A DNA stretch of 64,000 bases from Selaginella moellendorffii (Eukaryota; Plantae; Lycopodiophyta): the NCBI RefSeq assembly GCF_000143415.4, contig NW_003314323.1, positions 314,499 through 378,498 of the forward strand, written 5' to 3'. Numbering within the stretch: the first letter of the stretch is position 1; each line of letters begins with the position of its first letter. A program made the position numbers and the translations under genes. Positions 22,336-33,870 of the stretch are shown piece after piece. A model generated the notes under the pieces. The model did not search any database, was not told the DNA's origin, and saw only the letters and a list, made by a program, of their open reading frames with translations.

Positions 22336-24403
22336 TTAGCCACGTTGTGCTCGAAGAAACCTCCACATAGCAATTATCCCCACCATTGCAACAGTGGCAA
22401 CCAGGAGCTGGCCAAGTGCTACACCACGGTCTCCAACCATATCAGCAGCGGTGCCCCAAATCGCCCCAAGCAGCCTTCCGCTATAATTCGAGAGTTGAAC
22501 GGCAATAGCAGCCCTGTCCGAGGATTTGTTTCCCAGGTTCTTGGAGAGAAGTGAGAGTGTGATGCTGGAAGCAGTGTTAAACCCAAGACAAACCACGAAC
22601 CACTGTGCTGCGTAGGATGGAAAGTTCATGTGTCCACTGTTCCCTCCAAGCAGGATATAATTTGCAACAATCCCTGCCAAACCTAAAAAGCACCCAGCTG
22701 CCAGCCAAAGTCGATCCTGAATCTTGTGAGCCAATGCCGGCATTGTTGCCACAAGAAAAACTGTCCCCAATCCGATGAGTCCGATGAAGTTTCCTGCTTC
22801 GAACGCGTCGTAGCCGAATTTCTTCCATGAATATATTGGGATGGATGTTTCCCACGACCCGAGCTCGAAGAAGATAACGAACGCTGTGTAACTCATCAGG
22901 CAGGAGACAAATAATGGAGAAACGACAGCCCGATTGCACTGGAAAAATGAAGTTTAGAACCCAGCAACGCGAGCACACCTCAGTACCTCAAGATGGCTCA
23001 TTTGAATTGAGACTTGATGATCGTCGGGCTGGAAAAAGAGCAGATAATTATGTTAAGAACGTTTATTCCAGCAAGCTCGGGCAATCCATACCTGTTGCTG
23101 AAGCTGGCTTGCTTCTCCAGGGCTTGAACTGACCTGGCCACGGTGCTGCTGGAAAAATGGGAGAAATGAAGTTTAAAAACCAGCAACACGAGCAAACCTC
23201 GGTACAACCGAAAAAGCATTAAAAACGTTTTTCCCGGCAAGAGGCTTCTGCCTCTTCAATCCATACCTGGCTTGCTTCTCCCTCAGCGCATTCGCATTGA
23301 GTGTCATATCTAGAGTCTCTTGAAATTCCCCTGACCTGGCCATGGTGCCGCTGGAAAGATAGAAACCAGCGAGCAAACCTCGGTACCTCAAGCTGGCTCA
23401 TGCGAATTGAGCTGTCGGGCTAGAAAGAAAAAGCATTAAAAACCTCTTCAATCCATACCTGTTGCTGAAGCTGGCTTGCTTCTCGGGCCCCTTCTCCCTC
23501 AGCGCATTGGGATCGAGCGTCATATTTAGAATCCCTGACCTGACCACCAATACACACAGAGAATCAGTCATTGCTGAACGAAATTCACATCTAGATCCCT
23601 GCAAAACCTCTAGGCGACTGTCATGATGCTCATGAAGCTGGAGAAACGATGATAAGAATTAAAATGATTGACTAGAATTCAAACCTGGTCGGCAGTATCG
23701 GTCACGTCTTTGAACAGGACTTTTGTCAGCAACCAATAGATGCTCCAAACCACTGCCATAAACCAGCCGGGCAATGTGTTTTTGTTGAACAATGCTGTTT
23801 TCATGGGAATCCTTGCGAGAAATCCTCCGACGATTGGCCCCGGAACCATTCCCAGGGGCTGGGCGAGAATGAGCAGGCTTGTACACGTCGTTCGCCTCCG
23901 GACACCAACAATGCAAGGATCTGTGCAGTACCTCTTCAGAAAGAAGCACCCGGTCAAACCAATCCCATTTATCATCCGCCCCAGGAGAACGAGGTAAAGA
24001 ACTCCAGTCCGATCAGCAATGATATGCCCAAGAATCAGGCAAGCCGATGATAAGTCGAGAGTTGGGCTGTATTTTCTCTTGAACTTGGGCAGCTTAGAAA
24101 GTGGAATCACCAAAATGAAGGAGACGAGAGTCACCACTCCCACCGTCAATCCGCTGAAAAGGGATTCTCCGCCCAAATGCTTAGTGTCTGATAGACAAAC
24201 ATTGTATTTTAAAGAAGTTCTGTCGTCAAAAATCACTTACATGATGTGGCGGTGGGCACGATGATGAAAAACGAGAGATTGAATAGGAAATTCGCTGAAA
24301 GAATTATGCATAGGGACATCAAAGGAGGGAACCGAAGCTCGTCCATTCCTGCTCTTCCTTGTGGTGGTGATTCTCGAGCTTGCCCTGTCTGAAGCTGGAT
24401 CAT
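22336..24403 (-). CDS. Major facilitator superfamily transporter, fungal-like, multi-exon
   Basis: Splicing gives MIQLQ..LSANFLFNLSFFIIVPTATS|YTKHLGGESLFSGL...LGRMINGIG..KRYCTDPCIVGVRRRTT...GPIVGGFL..NKNTLPGWFMAVVW, and after a repeat-rich loop FFELGSWETSIP...LSLLSK...VQLSNYSGRLLGAIWG; roughly 12 hydrophobic helices. Central exon structure and start are uncertain. Confidence 0.78.
22935..23550. repeat. Three degenerate ~200-bp tandem units inside the MFS gene
   Basis: Recurrent ccagc..gagca.acctc.gtac..., caatccatacctg.., gctggcttgcttctc and ctgacctg.cca blocks at about 22940, 23150 and 23350. Confidence 0.8.
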
Positions 24404-25612
24404 TGTGATCGTCCCTAGCCAATGTAGTCAGCCTTATTTGTCTTTGGGTGTCTTCGTACTTCCATCTTTCTGTGATCTTCTGAATCTGTGGAGTTCTTGG
24501 GAGTTTCTTCTTGAGTTGCGGGGCAGCTTCTCCTTTCCTGCAACACGTTTTTTAGTGCGGTTACGGCTATATTCCCTCCTATGAATGAAGTGATTTATAT
24601 CACAATCAATTTATTATTGGCAATTGGCAACTGCCCCAGGGGAGGTAAATACATCGAAACATATGTCTTTTCAGGTAAAAATATGAAAAAGACTTGGTGT
24701 AAAAAGTGAAATAGTGTGAGAAAGATTTGTGTTCATATGTTTTTTTTTTTTCATATATTGTCATGCATGGGCATACATTTTCATACATTTGCATATTTTT
24801 CCAGCTTAATGCCACCTATGGAATTGCAACTCAACTTCATTGCCACATTAGTAAGTAACATGGCCTTTTGAGGTAGCTCAAGGGTGGTTAAGAACTTTAA
24901 GAGGAGATACCATCTCCCATACCATGACAAATCACATACATGATGTGGCCGTGGGCACAATGATGAAGAATGAGAGACTGAATGGAAACTTCGCTGAAAA
25001 AATTATGCATAGGGACATTAAAGGAGGGAATTGAAGCTCGTCCATTCTTCCTTGGTGATTCTCGAGCTCACCCTGTCTGAAGCTGGATCATCATGATCAT
25101 CCCATGTCCTTCATTGAGTGTAAAGGAAAAGGGAAAGGCCCCTTTTCTCTCCCTAGGTATGTCTTTGGGTGTCTTTGTACTTCCATCTTTTTGTGATCTT
25201 CTGAATCTCGGTGGAGTTGTTGGGGAGTTTCTCCTTGAGTTGCCAGGCAGCTTCTCCTTTCCTGCAACACGTTTTCAATACAGTTACGGCTATATTCCCT
25301 CAGCTATGAATGAAGTGACTTGTATCACAATCAATTTATTATTGGCAGTTGACAACTGCCCCAGGGGAGGTAAATACATCGAAACATATGTCTTTTCAGG
25401 TAAAAATATGAAAAAGACTTGGTGTAAAAAGTGAAATAGTGTGAGAAAGATTTGTGTTCATATGTTTGTTTTTTTCATATATTGTCATGCATGGGCATAC
25501 ATTTTCATACATTTGTATATTTTTCCAGCTTAGTGCCACCTATGGAATTACAACTCAACTTCATTACCACATTAGTAAGTAACATGGCCTTTTGAGGTAG
25601 TTCAAGGGTGGC
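24238..25612. repeat. ~700-bp direct duplication of MFS exon 1 plus upstream region (24238-24890 and 24938-25612)
   Basis: Both copies contain atgatgtggc.gtgggcac.atgatgaa..., caactgccccaggggaggtaaatacatcgaaac... and cacattagtaagtaacatggccttttgaggtag.tcaagggtgg. Confidence 0.92.
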
Positions 25613-25619
25613 AGTAATA

Positions 25620-28600
25620 TTAACTAAGATCTATTCAGATTTGCTCATGCAATAATTGGTATAAACGAATGCTTGCTGATTTTGCTACATTTATTATGTT
25701 TTATTAATTGTTGTTATGGTTGGTTTTGATAGATTAAATGTTATTTCTTTTGAGTGATATATTTGCAAACATTTTACTTCCTCGTTGGTGATACTTTGTA
25801 TTCTTTGAGCTATCTTTCATAAATTATTTAGCATGCTATTGTAACACACTGTACCTCTCTCCCCTTAAACCAAATGGGCCATTATTTGATAAGAGAACTT
25901 TTAATGACTATTTTATCCCTAGTGACAGTATATCCAAATTTTATATACTACACTCACCCCCCTTTTAGAGATATCAACATCTTCATTAACTATTGACTAA
26001 CAAACCCTATTGAGCCAAGGGAAATTAACACCTCCATTTCTAATTGAATTTACTAATCCTTTCATTATATAAATCAGTTATTCTATATGAAGCAACTACT
26101 TGTATGGCAGTCTCATAGTGGATACTTTCGTCTGTGGATATTTCAATTTTAAGGGTAGGAATATACTTTATTTAAGGGTATATTATATTTTAAGTAGCCA
26201 CTAATCAATGGGAATCGATCTTGTGCCATTTTCTTTAATATCACATATAGCACACTCTATCTCTCTCCTCTTAAACCAACTAAAAAAAGGGTAATTGCTT
26301 GATAAGAGCTCTTATTAGTGGTTATTTTATCCTCATTTATCCCCCAAGATTCTAAGGATCTATAGTGATAATATATCTAAATCTCATCTCATGATTATAT
26401 ACACTATAGCTATCTATAATCTTTGGTAATTAAGCTTTATCATTGAGTTTTCTTGATGATATATTTGCCATTTAATTTTGTTTGATAGTTAATCCTATGA
26501 CTTTCACCTATATGATCTCAGTGGTTGGTTCTTATACTTTAATTTTGGTTTATTGGATGATAACTTACTTGGAATACTTTTATGTTCTAGCCTAAGATTT
26601 ATTCATTGATAATTTAATCTTTAAGATATCATTGTCTTTGACTTTGATGTTGTTCATTTGTTAATTTTTGGGTTTGGGCTAGTATAAGTAGATTGGCTTT
26701 GGCACTTCCTGTATATGGTGACATCTTTAGTCATAGAGTAGCTATTATTGACTTGTTATATCACCTACTTTTTTCTCAATGTTCTTTATTTTGTTAAAAG
26801 GGCATGACCATATAAACAACTCTAATTACCTATTTATAAAGCTTACCAATAGGCTTGGTTTGTTTGCTCATGATGGTTAGAGCCTCTGGCTTCTCTCTTT
26901 TTGTCATTTGTAGATAGGGGTATATCATTTTTTAAAAGTTGGGTGACATTTACAATAGCAAGGGTGGCAAACTTTGTTAGTCATTTCCTTGTTGGTGACG
27001 GTTAGAAAAGTGTCTGTGTTGTAACACATTTGTGTTAGATAGAGAGGTTGCCTCTTAACTTATTTAAGTTGGTGCATTTCTCAGAAATTGTGAACACTAT
27101 AAACTTTTTTTGGAGTTATTTCCTTGATGGTGATCTAAATTAAAGTATGCATCGATGAGGATGTTGATCTTCCCTAAGGGGGGGAAAGTGATGCCAATGT
27201 GACTATGTGTATTAAAAGTTATCTGTAGGCTAGTCATTTCAGATATTCTTTCCTTACTGCTATGACAGTATAAGGTTAGTATTGTTGAACACTTTTCAGT
27301 CTCCAGTTAAGCTGATTGAGAAACTAATCTTTGCATGTGCACTTGGCTAGAAAAGAAAAAGGACAGAATTCCTAATTGTTATTAGTCAAGCACACTTGAC
27401 TTTTTTAGGAAAACTCATTTGTTGGCTGAAACACAATAAATGAACTATGCATATGAACATTTTTCTGATAGTCAAGATTACGACCTTAACACTCAAGGTT
27501 ACAATCTTGACAGTCAAGACTCAGAAAGAAGTGGTGGTTGCCACTATATAGGAGTAATTAAGAGGGAGAGTTAGCACTCAATCCCTATCCCTATGTACTC
27601 TAGTTTATCACCAATGCAATTTGGAATATTTTAGTGATGTCATACCTATCATTACTCATGACCACTTGTATAAGCCTTCTTAGGGATTGAAAGTCTTAAG
27701 TTAGTTTTTAATTGATTCATGTGTTAGATAGCTTGTTCTAGGGTGAGAATTACTGTACTAATGCAAGATCAATGACATCAGGTTTTTTGCAACCATAGTA
27801 GCAAACCATCATAGCTAGTTCTTCACAAAATTCATTCTTGCTCTTGCAACAAAACTATAACTTGACTTCACCAAATTTTTTTTAGTTTTCACTGACAACT
27901 ATAGTGGAATAAGAAACATTGCAAAAAGAGCTGAAATCCAAGTAAAAAACACCAAGAAACACACTAAAGAAAAGAAAAAGGGATGAAGATGGTGAGATTG
28001 TGAAAATTTCAATGAAATTCAATAAAAAGAGGATTATCTAATTCAATTGAAGATGGTAGAAAACCATTACACAAGCCTCCACTGAAATTAACACAGTTAC
28101 AACTGACATTCAAGAACACTTAAGACTAAGGGATTCAAGATAGTTTTTTAAAGATATAAGAAAATTTTTCCTAACACTTAAGAATGTTTTCTTGAGAGTC
28201 AAGAAAATCAATGATAGCGAATGAAGCAACATGATTGTCCTTTTGGAGACTGAACATGTACTAGGTACAAGGATTATCTTTTTTGTGGTTTCCAGAATTG
28301 CATCAACCTATACACCAAGTGTTACCTGAAGAGGAGATGTGTTTATTGCATAGCCAAGAAAATTACTTTGAAGATAAAAGACAAAGAGGAAACTAGCAAA
28401 GTATCAAAGAAAAAAGAAAACTAAGAAGGATGGAAGTATGCACAAGCAAGAGTATATCTGGTTTGACCACTTTGTAACAGTCTAAAGACTGACGTGAGTA
28501 AACTAAGGTCATATTTTCTATCACACTTTTATCAATTTATTAGGAACACATAAACAAGAAATTTTTTTACCAATTACTTTATTTTTCGATAACCAACTTT

Positions 28601-29030
28601 CTTGAGTACTAGCAGCAACCAAAAACAAGACTGTTGAACAACAATACTATCAACTCCTTGCTAGATAAAGAAATCCCAACACTAAAAAAAACACAATGAT
28701 TTTACTTCGATTACTGCAAGGACCAATCAGTGACACACTTCTAACAACAACATTTACCTGAGTTCACGACTATGCACATTTATCACAAATATGACTTTGG
28801 GTATCGAAAGTTATTTATTGGCCAGTCCTTATAAACATTCTTTTCTTACTGCCACGATGGCAAGAGGTTAGTATTGCTAGACCCTTTATCAGTCCCTCTT
28901 ATACTAATAGAGTTAACTAGGCATTTCGAGTGTATTTAGACCGGACAAGCATAAGGACAAAATTCCTACGTACTATTAACTAAACATACTTAGCTCAGTA
29001 AGGAGTTCCTATTTTATTATGTCTTGCATT
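25620..29030. mobile_element. AT-rich decayed repeat/transposon debris
   Basis: No ORFs of 60 aa or more. Internal diverged repeats: 25855-25945 vs 26260-26385, and 27245-27420 vs 28835-29010. Confidence 0.4.
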
Positions 29031-29776
29031 GGCTAGTGACGAGCCCGGGTAGGTTTTGAGCTCATGAGTTGAGCCCACGACTTCTCAAACACAAGGAAAA
29101 CATTGGTTCGTCCCGAACCAACATCTTTTCATTTTTCAAATTTTGATTTAATCTATATTTCCAAGTAAATTTGATCAATAAAATACAAATATAAATATAA
29201 ATCCGAACACCAAAAGTGATCTAGAAACACTTCTCAAGCTCTGCAATTGTAAGGCTTGCTTGATGGATGTGATGGTCGACCTTAGGATCTTGGTTTAGCT
29301 CCTGCATAAAAATGTAATAAATGTGCTTGCAAGCTAAATATACCTTTCCCTTGTTCTCCCTTTGTGTAAAATCTACATAGGTACAGGACGGATTTTCGCA
29401 GATTCTGATAGTGTAGCTCATACCCTTTGACGACTTAGTCACAACAACAAACTCCTTAGCCACAGCACTGATGTAGTTTATCCTTGTGATTGTGCATTTC
29501 AATGCCTTTGCCAACTTAATCTTCTCTTATGCACTTTTTGAAATAGAAGACCTATATTGTACAGCCTTCCCATTTTTAATTGGTTGTGTATGCTGGTCTA
29601 GTGGCATAGCAGTATCAATAGCAACATTTGAGGAAGTCTTTAGCTTGAAACCAACTCTCTCTAGACTTTCAATCTCTTCTTTCAAAAGATTGCAGCTTCG
29701 CTCAACTGGCCACTCCTCTGGCATAGAATTTGGTTTTGAGATAATTGAGCTGTGGATCCGGTTTGTATGAATAACA

Positions 29777-29974
29777 TCAGTCCCACAACAGTAAATCCAA
29801 CTTGACTGGCGGGCTTTTACCCCTAGATCTCAACAGCCCTAGAAACATGGTATTGCTGAAGAACTTGAACTTGAGTCAGTCCCACAACAGTAAATCCAAC
29901 TTGACTGGCGGGCTTTTACCCCTAGATCTCAACAGCCCTAGAAACATGGTATTGCTGAAGAACTTGAACTTGAG
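29777..29974. repeat. Perfect 2 x 99-bp tandem duplication
   Basis: tcagtcccacaacagtaaatcc...gaacttgaacttgag repeated at 29777 and 29876. Confidence 0.95.
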
Positions 29975-30168
29975 TGTAAGCTCTTGAGTTTGGACTTCCC
30001 AGGAGGTCACCCAACCCAGTACTATTCAAGCCCAAGGACGCTTAACCCCAAGTATCCCAAGACCCTTAACCGATTGGAAAAGGGGGTGCACTCTTTTTCA
30101 TGGGCCCTTTCCCTCTATATTTGAACCCCATGGATCGTCTCTTAAGTCGTTCCCTTTGGTTGCTTACA
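29975..30168 (-). mobile_element. Cassandra-like TRIM solo LTR carrying a 5S rRNA internal-promoter segment
   Basis: 194 bp with termini TGTAAGC...GCTTACA and TTGAG 5-bp TSD on both sides. Minus strand 29992-30046 reads GTTAAGCGTCCTTGGGCTTGAATAGTACTGGGTTGGGTGACCTCCTGGGAAGTCC, close to plant 5S box A-IE-box C (GTTAAGCGTGCTTGGGCGAGAGTAGTACTAGGATGGGTGACCTCCTGGGAAGTCC). Confidence 0.88.
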
Positions 30169-33100
30169 TTGAGCGCACAAATGCAAGACACTGACCTCAA
30201 CTCCCAATCATTCCAAAGCAACACGCATTACTCTTGGTACTGACTCTTCGAATTGCCCAATTGATACAAGAAACTAGCTCACAAGCAATAATCTTCTCAA
30301 CCTCTAGCACTGGATTTATTTGTGTAACAATTGGCACTTCCTCCACTCCATGTTCCTTAGTTCTTCTCCGGTGTTATGGAACAGAATGGTAGTCAAACTC
30401 TGGACAGTGAGAGCTAGAAGGAGTGATGTTGGGCCTATCAAATGTCTATCGATGCTTCAAACGGGCTGTCCTCATGTCCCCAAGTGGTTCATAACTTAAT
30501 TCCATAAGAGTTCCAGTAATAACTTCCCCCACCATCTTAGATATTGATCCTGCTGCTTGTGTTGTTCTTCTACCAACCCGCTCTCGAAGCTTGTCTAAGT
30601 TTGGACTTGTACCAGCAAACCTTGCTTCCTGTGCAGCCAAAGCTTTTGATGACTGCTCAAGAGATCTAGTGAGGTTGGAGAGTGTAGCTTTATAGAGGGA
30701 CACTTTTCCTTTCCTTGCTTCGGAAGCTCTTCAACTCCAATGTTTGCTTTTAGAAAGATTAATTGTTGGTGTAAGTGCAATGTCATCAAGTGGTTGATCC
30801 TAGGAAAAATGCAACATTTGAATGTGACAAAAAAAGAAAATGAGAGAAAACTTACATGGAGAATTTAATAGCCCCACTGAAACATTTGAACTTCCCACCA
30901 TGCAAGCTAACACTCCATTTGTGGAAGGTGTTCAATTGGCACTTTGTCTCCTTCATGCCACCATATGCGCATCTTATTTGCTTTTGCCTCGTGCTCCTCT
31001 TTAGTTGGTGCATCCATCCATTCTTGACAAAGCTGCTTGAACTCATGATGGAAGCTAGACTTGATGCATCGGCAATGTTCAACGCTCTTTGCCTAATGAA
31101 ACTCACAACTCTTCTCTCTACCTTGTAATGGCTGACTTTTATCACCTCCAAATACTTGTCATATAGCCAACTAGTTAGCACCAGTAGCATCTGCCATGAA
31201 ACCATAGAAGTTGGGTTTCTTCCCGGTTCGCTGTTCAACAACCTCGGATATACATGTCCAAAAAATGGTTTGTGCTTGGAAATCTTGAACCTTAAATTCA
31301 GCTATAGCTATAGTCAAGTTGCACTGCAACCTATAGAAGGAATGGTTATAATGTAAATCGGTATGGATCCTTAAAAAATGAATAACCACTTACTTGTGAT
31401 CATAAACATGAGCTCCCATTGTTGACCAACCTGAAATTCGTTCCATATAGTCGAAATGGATCCAGGAATTAGCCAAGTCCCCGTCTCTGTCCATATCCAT
31501 TCGTTGTACAAGGTCCACACCAAAAGCAGGACCAAGGGTGGACATTTTAAAGATGAAAGGGTGTTGACTGTTCGAAGTCACTTGGCCAATGAACAAACTC
31601 CCATGAATAAATTTATAGAGACATTTTCTTTTGAACTCTAAAATCGCATCCAATCCAGATTGAAACTTTCCATCTCGCCCTTCTCGCATCCAATTCTTTA
31701 TTTTGCTATAAAAAAGAGTGTTTCTAGTGATAAAGCAGAGTTAAGTATTAACTTATACTTGTTTAAATTTGTCATGGGATCCATATTTCGAAGCAGGTCC
31801 TTCAAGTTGTTCTCCATGAACTCTTTTTTGCCATTAGCTTGTAGCAACATGTCCACCACATAGTCCTTTAATACAGACTGTTGAACACACTTTGGAGTTG
31901 CGGCACTTTTCTTCCTAGCCTCTGTAGTAACAATAGCCTTCAAATTGCAAAAAGAATCACGACAAATTCCTTCCTCTATTGCATATTGGTGGTATCCAAC
32001 ATGTACTGAAAATAATACATTTTTGCATCGCAACATGCTTGACAAATAGGTGTTGCCCCACATTTGCGACATCTAAACCCTATAGCAACCTTATCACGCT
32101 TAGGGGGATTGATTGCTGAGCCTTCAAAAAAACACTTATTCTTGCCATGATCAGAAATGCATTTCTCATTGACACATTGAAGCTGTCCACCACAATGGAC
32201 TATGGACACAGATCCATCGAAATGGGAGAAGTGGGTCGTCTTTACTCTGCACCAATTATGTGGATCAAGACGCGTCTCCATGCCCCTCTTCCTGCTTGAC
32301 AAACTAGCCGGTGGAAATTCGAAAAATATATTTCTATTATAGGAAGACGAAAGCTCCTCACCTCTCATGTACTAGAACTCCTTTAATTCCAATCATAATG
32401 ATCGAGATTGTCAAAATGCCTTATCCACTGCTTCAAAAACTAGTCCAAAAGGAACACACCTACTTGTATGGGAAGCTCATCTTCTTCACTTTCATCACTA
32501 GAGAGAATAACAACTTCATCCTTCACTCTTTGCATAGTTGGTTGTGAAACTGATGCACTCTCCTTTGCTCGTTTTGGAGATCCTATAATTAGAATCTCCT
32601 GACCTGTACATTTATCAAGATCCCACTGAATCCTATTCTTTCCCACACCACTATCGAAAAGAATGGATTTTTCTATTTGATTACCCTTATCCCGACATAC
32701 ATTCTCCAAACTAACTGATCTCGGTTTCAACTTGAATCTTCTGCAAAGGAAGCTCTCTCCTATAACATTCTTAGAGAAAACAATTAGAGGCTCTTGATCG
32801 AACTTCAAGTAGAATTCTCTCATATCTTCCCCTTGCTCAAGCACTTAGAAAAAATTTGGGGAGAAACTGACAAGAAAGAACAAAGATATTCTTCTGTATT
32901 GTGAGCTTTAATTAGCTATGTCCTTGCAAAGGACAAGTTAAAGATTTTAACAAAATATACAACTGTTTAGAATCTAGAGATATATGAAAATGTTAAAGAG
33001 CCACCTATATTAATTGTATAATTGATTGTGAGAGGAATAATACTGTTGAACTCGGAAAAGGTTGGTTTGCGCATGAACCAACCTTTTCGAGCTGAGAGGC

Positions 33101-33585
33101 GCCGATTAATTACAAGAGTTGTAATATTAATTGTTTGTTCTCCCTCTCATCTCTATGCTCTTTTCCTTTCAAAAGTGAGACTCACGCTCATAACCCCATT
33201 CATTTCAACAGTATTATTCCTTTCACAATCAATTATACAATTAATATCTAAAGCATTGAATGATTGTCTCATTGGAAAGAACACGTGAAATCTATATTCA
33301 TAGTTATAAATATATCCAGGTACTATTAAAAAATTGATCGTGACCGTTGATCGTGACCATTGATCATGACCGTTAATTTTTAGGGTTTTACTGCTAGGGT
33401 TTGAGCAAGGAAGGGTGAGAGAAAAACGCTTGAATGCTTCAAGATGCTTCTCAATCAAAATGCTAGATGCTCTTCAAGACACTAGAAAGACACTCCTCAA
33501 TCAAGGTATGCCTCTCTTTGCTGCTTTTCCATCTCCCCATCTTTTGCTCCTAGCTCGCAAGTAACTTGCGCCTTACGGCTGCTTC

Positions 33586-33805
33586 GTGCTGGAATGATCG
33601 GTTCAGCAGCAAACTGATTTTCCCAGCACATCAAATTCTGGGTTTTTTTTTTCTCTTGTCATTCCATTGGCGCTGAGAAGATCGGTTCGGTGACGAACTG
33701 ATCTTCCTAGTGCCAAGGGAACTTCTTCTTTTCTTTTCTTTTTTTTTCCCTTGGTGCTGAGAAGATCAGTTCGGCGACGAACCAATCTTCCTAGTGCCAA
33801 GGGAA
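33586..33805. repeat. Three palindromic hairpin repeats (~44-60 bp) between the two transposon genes
   Basis: 33586-33629, 33662-33721, 33746-33805. Copies 2 and 3 read TTGG.GCTGAGAAGATC.GTTCG-N4-CGAAC..ATCTTCCTAGTGCCAAGGGAA; copy 1 is more degenerate. Located in a probable 5'-UTR intron (gtatgc 33506..tgcag 33859). Confidence 0.88.
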
Positions 33806-33870
33806 CTACTTCATGGTTTTTTTAATGTTTACTCAAGTTTATTTGTCATTTTCATGCAGATATATAAATC

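Larger units (their letters stand above)
29221..32850 (-). pseudogene. MULE-type DDE transposase with Cys-rich N-terminal region and C-terminal SWIM zinc finger (inactivated)
   Basis: CGGQLQCVNEKC...CRKCGATPICQACC; WIHFDYMERISGWSTMGAHVYD; NFYGFMADATGAN*LAI*QVFGG..EKSCEFH* (acidic residues plus CxxH); SWIM-like YTIRICENPSCTYVDF...ACKHIYYIF. Intron at about 30800-30853; stops and a nested insertion. Confidence 0.8.

Noticed and set aside
29992-30046. 5S rRNA gene
   Set aside because: Only the internal ~55 bp are present, and they sit inside an LTR with TG..CA ends and a TSD; not a full 120-nt gene.
33153-33458. 101-aa minus ORF as the transposase first exon
   Set aside because: Crosses a 13-bp tandem repeat (TTGATCGTGACC x3) and promoter-like sequence; no supporting motif.
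33586-33805. CRISPR-like array of palindromic repeats
   Set aside because: Only three long degenerate units with T-rich linkers, eukaryotic context and no cas genes.
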